DNA from: an uncultured archaeon
Lineage (GTDB): Archaea > Thermoplasmatota > Poseidoniia > MGIII > CAYLMJ01
Length of the DNA stretch: 37,194 nucleotides
NCBI GenBank assembly: GCA_964434315.1
Contig: CAYSUX010000002.1
Coordinates: forward strand, 1-37,194
Reading direction: 5' to 3'
The translations under genes were made by a program, and so were the position numbers. Below the pieces are notes generated by a model. It made no database searches. It saw only the letters and a list, made by a program, of their open reading frames with translations, and was not told the DNA's origin. Position 1 is the first letter of the stretch. Each line of letters begins with the position of its first letter. This document shows positions 7,851-15,048 of this stretch, piece by piece.

Positions 7851-8905
7851 CCTTCCAATTGAGGGTCGTCCATCCCCTCTACATAACCGGCAGTACCGAC
7901 GGGGAGGCCATCGCCGAGCGTTTTCTTTGCGATATCGGTTACATCCCCCCCGGCACCGGGCAGAGGCTGGAAGGAGGCGCCCGGAGCTCGGCCGGATTCA
8001 AGCTCTTCTATCAATGCCTGGCAGCCTTCCCTCTTCGTAGTTGGACCGCTGCCGAACTGACTCCCAAGGTAGGCGCCACACCGGCGACCATCTATCGTCA
8101 CCTGCTCCGATTAAGGGAGTTGGGGCTTGTGGCCGAGGAGGCCCAGCAGCGGTATCGTTTCTGGCACCATTCACTGACAGAGGCCTGGGAGGGGGTCGAA
8201 TGCCACGCCCGGCTCTGCCAGCGAAACTATGGCAAGATCATCGACCGCATCGAGACCCTTATCGGTGACACTTCGGCAATTCCAGGTTCGGCCCATAATA
8301 CCCCGGATTCCCAGGATGCTCAAGATGCCTCGGATACCCCGGATACCCCGGATACCCCGGATACCCCGGATACCCCGGATAGTCCCGGTCGATCAGAAGG
8401 TCAGGAATACCCTCTTGCCGCACCCCCCGGTACCTTCAATCTCACCCTCACCGAGCTCGTTCCCTTTTCGGAGGCTCCCGTTTTAGCGACCAACGAAGCC
8501 GTAACCCTTCTGGAACGATTGCTATTGGCCTGTGGCTATCTTGATCGCAGGGGTGGCAAGGTGGCCTCGGACATCCCCTTTCGCCTGTTCAACGACTGGC
8601 TCCTGAACCGCCGCGACCGGGTCTGGACCGCCGATGAGCTGGCGGTGGCACTATCCACCAGTCGCCCCACGGTCTATCGCCACCTGAACAGATTGGAGTT
8701 GATGGGCTGGTTGGAGAAGGTCATTCTCAAGGAAGGTCATCCACGTATCACCGGTTTTCGCCTGAAGGGAGGCAGCCTGAGCCTGGCCTGGAGGAAGATC
8801 GAGGATAAATTGGAGCTGGGACTGCGGGGCTACCGAAAGGCTATAAATCAGTTGGCCGGTCTGGCTCATTCCCCACAGGAGCAACAGGAGCAAGACCATG
8901 GGTAA
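7841..8905 (+). CDS. tandem winged-helix (two wHTH modules) DNA-binding protein with a (DTP)n linker
   Basis: Internal duplication: WTAAELTPKVGATPATIYRHLLRLRELGLV versus WTADELAVALSTSRPTVYRHLNRLELMGWL (ArsR/TrmB-like recognition helices). The GTG start overlaps the upstream stop. Confidence 0.6.
   Translation: MALTFQLRVVHPLYITGSTDGEAIAERFLCDIGYIPPGTGQRLEGGARSSAGFKLFYQCLAAFPLRSWTAAELTPKVGATPATIYRHLLRLRELGLVAEEAQQRYRFWHHSLTEAWEGVECHARLCQRNYGKIIDRIETLIGDTSAIPGSAHNTPDSQDAQDASDTPDTPDTPDTPDTPDSPGRSEGQEYPLAAPPGTFNLTLTELVPFSEAPVLATNEAVTLLERLLLACGYLDRRGGKVASDIPFRLFNDWLLNRRDRVWTADELAVALSTSRPTVYRHLNRLELMGWLEKVILKEGHPRITGFRLKGGSLSLAWRKIEDKLELGLRGYRKAINQLAGLAHSPQEQQEQDHG
8332..8385 (+). repeat. in-frame 9-bp tandem repeat (GGATACCCC)x5 plus one diverged unit, encoding (DTP)5
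   Basis: Read directly. Confidence 0.9.
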
Positions 8906-9188
8906 AACCGAAACCAAGACACTGGAGTTGACCACCGGCTCGCGCTACCGGATCACTTCTTTGAGTTCCCGCGACCACGCTGTCGTCTCTTCTGGCACCT
9001 TCAAGGGTTACATCAGCATCGCATCCGATGAGGGTATGATAATGGAACTTGACGACACCCACGAGAAGCTCAAGAACAAGCAACGGGTCGTCCCGGTTCA
9101 CATGATACTGTTCATCGATATTCTGGAAGCTCTCGAACCCGAAGAGGACGAGGAATCCCGCAAGGACACCGAGCGTTACCTTTACTGA
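8898..9188 (+). CDS. small hypothetical protein (96 aa, acidic C-terminus), translationally coupled to the wHTH gene
   Basis: Its ATG overlaps the upstream stop by 8 nt. Protein-like composition. No family recognised. Confidence 0.45.
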   Translation: MGKTETKTLELTTGSRYRITSLSSRDHAVVSSGTFKGYISIASDEGMIMELDDTHEKLKNKQRVVPVHMILFIDILEALEPEEDEESRKDTERYLY

Positions 9189-9219
9189 TCCATCTCCCCT
9201 TTCCGGGGGCTGTAACAAA

Positions 9220-10617
9220 ATGACCTCAAACTCCAAGGCACCTTCAATAGAACCTGAGAATCAGATTTCGAGCCCGGACACCAAAGGGCCGATGCCACTG
9301 GAAGCTCTCCATCCGGCAGCCACAGTGGTGCCCTACCCGTTCCGACTCCTGGCAGGCAAGCGGGTGGCCCTGGGCCTCACCGGCTCCATCGCGTCGGTCA
9401 AGGGCGTGGAGCTGGCTCGAGAATTGGCCCGTCACGGAGCCGAGGTCATCTGCCTGATGAGCGAACCGGCCTGCAAGATAATCGGCACCCAGGCCATGGA
9501 ATTCGCCACCGGCCGTTCGCCTATCACCGAGATAGCCGGCCAGGTCGAGCATGTGACCCTGGCTCGCCCTGGTGGCTGTGACCTGTACCTGATAGCTCCC
9601 TGTACCGCCACGACCCTGGCTCGCATCGCGTTCGGCCTGGGCGAGGGTCCGGTGGCCCTTGCCGCCTTGGCCCTTCTGGGTGCCAGCCACAAAGAAGGTG
9701 TCACGGTCCTGAAGGATGGGCAGCCTGTCGCTCCAGATCCTGCGGGTAACGAGCCAGGAGACCCGCCGGTCCTGCTGGCATTGTCGATGGATGGCTCCAT
9801 GGCGGCCCATCCGGTGGTCAAACAGAATCTGGCCCTGGCCAAATCACTGGGTTGCCATATCATCCCCTCTTTGATGGAAGAGGGAAAGGCCAAGCTACCG
9901 GGGATCGAAACCCTGGTCGCCCATTCCCTGCGCCATGGCGGCCCCCGGGATTGGGAAGGCCGCAAGGTGCTTGTGGTCGCCGGCTCCTCGTCGGAAACGG
10001 TTGACGGTGTACGGGTCCTGACCAACCGCTCTTCGGGTCGGACCGGCATCGCTCTGGCCCTGGCCCTGTTCGACCGAGGCGCAGAGGTGGAACTGTGGTA
10101 CGGTGATTCCCCGACACCTGTACCCGAGCACCTTCTGGCCCTGCGCTTCAGCTCGGTGAACGATGTGGTCGGCCTGGCTGAACAGACTGCCACAAGCTGT
10201 GTCGGAGCCCATTGGGATTGGGTCTTCGTACCCGCCGCCCTGGCTGACTTCGTTGTCGAGGGCGCCAAAGCCGCCGCCAAGACCAAGATCGATTCCCATG
10301 AAGCCGAACGACCCGAGATCGTACTGGCACCCGCCCCCCGGCGCCGCGCGCCCCTGCGCCCCCTGGCAAGGAAGCTTGTCGGTTTCAAGTTGGAAGTTGG
10401 AATGACAAAGAAGGAGCTGATCGATCGAGCCAAAGCCAAGCTTCAACCCGATGGTCCTTGCGACCATGTCGTGGCCAACCTGGCCGGCAAGGCCCTGGGA
10501 GGCGAGCAGACCGAGGTCATCCTGGTCGGGGGTACCGAAAAGGGGATAATTGCCGAACTGAACGGTCCCAAGATGGCTGTGGCCCACGGCCTGCTGGAAA
10601 TCCTGGGTGATAGCTGA
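9220..10617 (+). CDS. coaBC: bifunctional phosphopantothenoylcysteine decarboxylase / phosphopantothenate-cysteine ligase
   Basis: N-terminal flavoprotein motif GLTGSIASVKGVELARELARHGAEV. C-terminal DFP motif LTNRSSGRTGIALA. Confidence 0.85.
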   Translation: MTSNSKAPSIEPENQISSPDTKGPMPLEALHPAATVVPYPFRLLAGKRVALGLTGSIASVKGVELARELARHGAEVICLMSEPACKIIGTQAMEFATGRSPITEIAGQVEHVTLARPGGCDLYLIAPCTATTLARIAFGLGEGPVALAALALLGASHKEGVTVLKDGQPVAPDPAGNEPGDPPVLLALSMDGSMAAHPVVKQNLALAKSLGCHIIPSLMEEGKAKLPGIETLVAHSLRHGGPRDWEGRKVLVVAGSSSETVDGVRVLTNRSSGRTGIALALALFDRGAEVELWYGDSPTPVPEHLLALRFSSVNDVVGLAEQTATSCVGAHWDWVFVPAALADFVVEGAKAAAKTKIDSHEAERPEIVLAPAPRRRAPLRPLARKLVGFKLEVGMTKKELIDRAKAKLQPDGPCDHVVANLAGKALGGEQTEVILVGGTEKGIIAELNGPKMAVAHGLLEILGDS

Positions 10618-10694
10618 TGCGCCTCGCCGTAGCCCACTCCCTATCCAACGAGCCCGGAGGTACCATAGCCGAGATAGGCCGGCGATCTCGCTAG
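10617..10694 (+). pseudogene. orphan copy 1 of the C-N hydrolase 5' end (MRLAVAHSLSNEPGGTIAEIG...stop)
   Basis: ATGCGCCTCGCCGTAGCCCA closely matches the intact gene start at 11605 (ATGCACCTCGCCGTAGCCCA). Its ATG overlaps the coaBC stop (TGATG). Confidence 0.6.
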
Positions 10695-10767
10695 ATCGGC
10701 TCCCGCCTCCTACAGCTTCCCGATGGCGGGGCCATGATCCTTAATCCCGTCCTCCTCTACAGCCCTC

Positions 10768-10854
10768 ATGTACCTCGCCGTAGTCCAGACCCCGGTGAAA
10801 CCAGGTGGTGTGGCTACAGACCTGGCCTCTGCCTCACAGGCCCAGTACTCATAA
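10768..10854 (+). pseudogene. orphan copy 2 of the C-N hydrolase 5' end (MYLAVVQTPVKPGGVATDLASASQAQYS-stop)
   Basis: Compare with the intact N-terminus MHLAVAQAPVKLGNIAANLATARQLATQ. Nucleotide similarity runs for roughly 60-80 nt. Confidence 0.65.
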
Positions 10855-10924
10855 TCGAACCATCACCACCATATTCCCTCGCCATATCTTTATTAGAGAC
10901 CCTGGAGTCTAATCCTTGAGACCC

Positions 10925-11149
10925 ATGCCTTCGATGGAGCAGATTTGGCGCGACCATCCCCGCCAGTGGCTGGCGGTAAAGGTGACCGAGGAAGACCCCC
11001 AGACACATACAGCAAAGGCCGGTGAGGTGGTGGCCGAGGCCGAAGGCTATGATGAGATCTGGGACAAGGTAGCCTCATTGAAGGTAAAGGAACTCTTTGT
11101 ATTCTTCTCGGGTCCACCCCTGAAAGAGGGTTACGTGGCGGCCTTCTGA
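10925..11149 (+). CDS. small DUF5678-like protein, partner of the downstream retropepsin-like protease
   Basis: About 75 aa with the W.a.k...g.vva.a...del pattern. Its stop lies 2 nt before the next ATG. Alternative starts are TTG 10916 and ATG 10934. Confidence 0.45.
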   Translation: MPSMEQIWRDHPRQWLAVKVTEEDPQTHTAKAGEVVAEAEGYDEIWDKVASLKVKELFVFFSGPPLKEGYVAAF

Positions 11150-11151
11150 AC

Positions 11152-11580
11152 ATGGCTTTTCCTTTCGATCCCTCAGTACCGGTAATCCTCGTGGAGGTCA
11201 CGTTCCAGGGACCAGTAAGCCGACAGCGAGCCTGGGCGGTACTCGACACCGGAGCCAGCAAGAGCCTCATCCCCTGGCGTCTGGCCGAGCAGTTGGGTTA
11301 CGACCCGGCGGCCTCTTCAAAGCGAGGCCGCATGACCACTCCCAGCAGCACTGAAAGTGTACCCTTGCTACGGCTCGAAGCTTTGGAAGCTCTGGGGCAG
11401 CGAGCCGAAAATATCGAGGTAGGGGTCCACGACCTTCCAGAGCAGGCCCAGGTCAAGGTCCTTCTTGGTCTGAACTTCCTCAATGGCTTTTCTCAACTCA
11501 TCATTGATTTCAAAAGGGGGCGACTCACCCTCAATCCATCTGGCACTAACGTCTCCCATCTCCCCTCACCAATAGGCTAA
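11152..11580 (+). CDS. retropepsin-like (retroviral-type) aspartic protease
   Basis: Active-site motif AVLDTGASKSLIP (D-T-G-A-S) plus LLGLNFL near the C-terminus, typical of single-domain clan AA proteases that act as dimers. Confidence 0.7.
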   Translation: MAFPFDPSVPVILVEVTFQGPVSRQRAWAVLDTGASKSLIPWRLAEQLGYDPAASSKRGRMTTPSSTESVPLLRLEALEALGQRAENIEVGVHDLPEQAQVKVLLGLNFLNGFSQLIIDFKRGRLTLNPSGTNVSHLPSPIG

Positions 11581-11604
11581 AACCACCACTAGCCTGCCAC
11601 CACC

Positions 11605-12627
11605 ATGCACCTCGCCGTAGCCCAGGCCCCGGTCAAACTCGGGAACATAGCCGCCAACCTGGCCACCGCCCGGCAACTGGCCACCCAGGCCCGGGAGGCC
11701 GGGGATGGCGAACTGGACCTGCTGGTCCTTCCGGAGCTGTTCATCTCCGGTTACATGTTGCGTGACGAGCTTATCAGACTGGCAGAGCCATTACCGCCCC
11801 TGCCGAGCCTGTCATTTCCACCGAGCCTGCCTGCCAACAGCGATATGGATGTCATGGCTTCCAATGTCGGCGGACAGGATGGCGGCCAGAGTGGTGGCAT
11901 GGGTGGCATGGGTGGCTTGAATGGCCGGAAGGGGGTGAGCGGCGGTGCAGGCGTGAACGGCCTTTGGGGCTTCAGCCATCGCCAACCGGTAGCTGCCTCG
12001 GATTTTTCCTTTGGACCGACCATGTCCGGCTTGTTGGAGCTGGCATCCGACGAGGGTTGCTACATCACCTGCGGCCATATCGAACATGAAGGCCGGGGAC
12101 TTTTCAACGCCGGTGTCATGGTGGGTCCTGAAGGCTATATCGGTCACTACCGCAAGATGAAGCTCCCACATACAGGACCCTTCGAGGAGCCCAGCTTCTT
12201 TGGCGAGGGCGGCCCCGACCAGAGACCGGTCTTCAGCCTGCCGTTCGGTATCGTGGGTCTGCAGGTATGCTACGACATCCACTTCCCATTGCCCAGCCTG
12301 CGATTGGCCCGGGACGGAGCCCAGCTTATATGCAATCTCTCGGCGGCGCCCAACACCTCCCGTTATGTCTTCGAGCGGTTGCTACCGGCCAGGGCCATCG
12401 AGACCTCCTGCTACTGGGCCTATGCCAACAACGTGGGAGTTCAGGAGACCATGATGTTCTGGGGCGGGTCACAGATACTGGACGCCAGGGGTGATGTGAT
12501 GGTCAAGGCTCCGTACAACGAGCCCGGTGTGGCCGTGGCTAAAATAGACCTGTGTGATGTGGAGTCCGTCCGGGGCTTTCGCCCGACCCTGATGGACGGG
12601 GCCGGGGATCGGCTGAACTTTCCCTAG
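11605..12627 (+). CDS. carbon-nitrogen hydrolase (nitrilase superfamily) with a ~80-aa Gly/Met/Pro-rich insert
   Basis: Glu-Lys-Cys triad contexts LVLPELF, HYRKMKLP and LQVCYDIHFP. The insert runs PPLPSLSFPPSLP...GGQDGGQSGGMGGMGGLNG. Confidence 0.8.
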   Translation: MHLAVAQAPVKLGNIAANLATARQLATQAREAGDGELDLLVLPELFISGYMLRDELIRLAEPLPPLPSLSFPPSLPANSDMDVMASNVGGQDGGQSGGMGGMGGLNGRKGVSGGAGVNGLWGFSHRQPVAASDFSFGPTMSGLLELASDEGCYITCGHIEHEGRGLFNAGVMVGPEGYIGHYRKMKLPHTGPFEEPSFFGEGGPDQRPVFSLPFGIVGLQVCYDIHFPLPSLRLARDGAQLICNLSAAPNTSRYVFERLLPARAIETSCYWAYANNVGVQETMMFWGGSQILDARGDVMVKAPYNEPGVAVAKIDLCDVESVRGFRPTLMDGAGDRLNFP

Positions 12628-13158
12628 GAGGGTCAATCGGGATGGCATAGGGGCGGGCGCACCATCTCCTTTAGGGTTCAGGGCCTGGCTACGGCTATGG
12701 GCGTGAGGGGCTCGCCATGGCCATATGCTACGCAAAGCGAGCCCGGCTTCGGCCTGAGCAATATCAATAATGATATTTTTTATATTTATTAAATATTGAT
12801 TTTTCACTATATATAAAGGTTTCCGACCGTGATAATGAACCTAGGTTGTCGTCGACAAACTTGGATATAAAAGGCTTGCGATAAAAAACCGATTTTTATA
12901 TATATGAGATACGTTAATAGATATATTGACACTATGTCAACCAATGCCAACGAACCTAGCCCGAAAACATCCGCGACCATGGCTTCCACCCAGCTTGCCA
13001 CATCTCTGGTCCTCTGGAGGCAGTGGCTGAACGCAATGGAGAAAGGAAGCCTCACCTTCAGGACCGAGGTCTGGACTTGAACAGTATGCTCGCCATCCAT
13101 TCAAGTTACAGGAGAGTCAGGCTGACCCGGATCGCAAACTCAGAACTGAGCGTTGGAT

Positions 13159-13512
13159 TCAATCCAACTGGCGCTTCTTCTGAAGTGGGATGGTCTCGAT
13201 ATCCCATAGGTATCGCCCCAGATCCACCTGGCCGTTATCGGTAACCTTGACGCCTTCGGTCTCCAGTTTGACCTTCTGCTCTTCAAAGAACAGGGCGTCC
13301 CTGAGGGCTATCCGGCCCCTGGCATTGACCACCCGATGCCAGGGCAGGTTGTGCTTCCGGGTCTGGGTATGCAGGATGCGAACCACCTGTCGGGCGGCAC
13401 GGGGGCTCTCGGCCAGGGCGGCGATCCGGCCATAGGACAGGACCTTGCCTTCGGGGATGCTGTCGATTATGGAAACGACCCTGTCGGTGAAGGGGCTGGT
13501 CATTGAAATCAC
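13159..13512 (-). CDS. alkyltransferase-like (ATL) protein: MGMT DNA-binding domain with Trp replacing the acceptor Cys
   Basis: The LPWHRVVN motif (PWHRV instead of PCHRV) and the ~115-aa size match YbaZ/Atl1-type proteins. Confidence 0.75.
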   Translation of the reverse strand: MISMTSPFTDRVVSIIDSIPEGKVLSYGRIAALAESPRAARQVVRILHTQTRKHNLPWHRVVNARGRIALRDALFFEEQKVKLETEGVKVTDNGQVDLGRYLWDIETIPLQKKRQLD

Positions 13513-13521
13513 TCCGGAACT

Positions 13522-13581
13522 TCAGATGTTTGATAGTCAGATGTTTGATAGTCAGATGCTTGGTAGTCAGATGCTTGATAG
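13522..13581. repeat. 15-bp tandem repeat x4 (TCAGATGTTTGATAG, with the last two copies carrying C/G variants) in the ATL/MFS divergent intergenic region
   Basis: Read directly. It begins 10 nt upstream of the ATL start codon. Confidence 0.9.
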
Positions 13582-13691
13582 GAATCTAGCTTCAAAGCGT
13601 TTGCGTCTTTTTGTGTTTGCCCTTCAATCCCCCTCATGACATTTTTACACCCATAGGACTTTGTATTCAGGCAGGGTGAGACGCCCGGCCA

Positions 13692-14990
13692 ATGGTACTC
13701 GACAAAAAACCATCCCGAACAGAAATGAGAGAACCGATACTATCCGACGGCAAAGACCCTACCGACCCTCAGCCTGAGATACCGGAGCGCCCTCTGACCG
13801 ACACTCCCAAAGCCAGGGCTTTTCGCCGCCGTGTGCTCTTCCTGGTCTCCTTGCCGGCTTTTCTGGTGCCGATAACGACGACCATCTACCTGCCCTCGCT
13901 CAATATCATCGAGAAGGACCTGGACACCTCGGCGGCCATGGTGGGTCTTACCATCAGCAGTTACGTGGCCCTCTTCGCGTTCATGCCCCTGATCTACGGG
14001 CCCTACTCCGATCGCGTTGGCCGACGTCCCATCTTGCAGATATCCCTGGCCATCTACATCTTCACCTCATTGCTATGTAGCCTATCCTGGTCCATCGAGA
14101 CATTGATCGCGTTTCGAAGCCTACAGGCTCTCGGTGTATCAGCGGCCATGGTCGTCGGAGCCGGTGCCATCACTGACGTGTTCCCGCGTGGGGAAAGGGG
14201 GCGGGCCATGGGCGTTTTCGGCGTTGCGCCGCTCATCGGACCCATCATCGGGCCACCCATGGGAGGAGTCATTGAGGCCTTTGTGGGTTGGCGAGGCATA
14301 TTCTACATCCTGGCGGCCACCGGCATAGTGATTCTGGTCGTTGTCAGCATCGGATTGCCAGAGACCCTTGTCAGGGGCCGGGCACCCGGGAGCCGCGCAA
14401 ATCCGCTTCAGCCTCTTGGCCACCTCAGGTCGCGACCGGTCGCGCTCTGGGCACTATTGGGAGCCCTGATGTTCGGCACGATGTATGCCATCATCACCAT
14501 GCTACCGGGCTATCTGGACGATGGGTATGGTCTGGAACCCTATCAGATCGGCCTGGCAATGATCCCGTTCGGCCTGGGCTCCATGACCGGGACCATTCTG
14601 GGAGGTCGCGCCGCCGACAGGGTGGGGCGCAAGCTGGCCTCCATCAGATCAGCATTCCTGCTCGTTCCAGCGGTTCTGGCCTATGCCTGGACCCTGGGGC
14701 TGAACCTGGCAATGCCCATCGCCATCACTTTCGTCATCGGTTTCTTCCTCTCCTATTCTCGCCCAGGCCTGATAACATACTGTATCGAACTGAAACCCCA
14801 CCGGGCCAGTGGTATGACCGCTTCCCTGACCACCACTTCGATGTTAGCGGCCTCGCTGGCCTCCTTCCTGGGTCCCGCTGGAGCAGAGATGGTGGGAGAG
14901 TTCTGGGTCTTTACCATCGCCGCGATGCTATGTCTCAGCGCCGCGATACTGACCAACCGCTGTGTGGTTGATGATCGTTCCAGGCCATGA
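13692..14990 (+). CDS. MFS transporter (drug/H+ antiporter-like, 12 TM)
   Basis: Motif A GPYSDRVGRRP between TM2 and TM3. Twelve hydrophobic segments. Confidence 0.85.
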   Translation: MVLDKKPSRTEMREPILSDGKDPTDPQPEIPERPLTDTPKARAFRRRVLFLVSLPAFLVPITTTIYLPSLNIIEKDLDTSAAMVGLTISSYVALFAFMPLIYGPYSDRVGRRPILQISLAIYIFTSLLCSLSWSIETLIAFRSLQALGVSAAMVVGAGAITDVFPRGERGRAMGVFGVAPLIGPIIGPPMGGVIEAFVGWRGIFYILAATGIVILVVVSIGLPETLVRGRAPGSRANPLQPLGHLRSRPVALWALLGALMFGTMYAIITMLPGYLDDGYGLEPYQIGLAMIPFGLGSMTGTILGGRAADRVGRKLASIRSAFLLVPAVLAYAWTLGLNLAMPIAITFVIGFFLSYSRPGLITYCIELKPHRASGMTASLTTTSMLAASLASFLGPAGAEMVGEFWVFTIAAMLCLSAAILTNRCVVDDRSRP

Positions 14991-15048
14991 ACCAACTTGA
15001 CACAGGTAAGAATACACATCGCTTATAATCGTCCGAAATAATCACCGG

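Noticed and set aside
12807-13100. 97-aa minus-strand ORF in the AT-rich convergent intergenic region
   Set aside because: The ORF runs through an extremely AT-rich block. Its translation is hydrophobic and low-complexity (LLTYLIYIKIGF) with no start context or family match.
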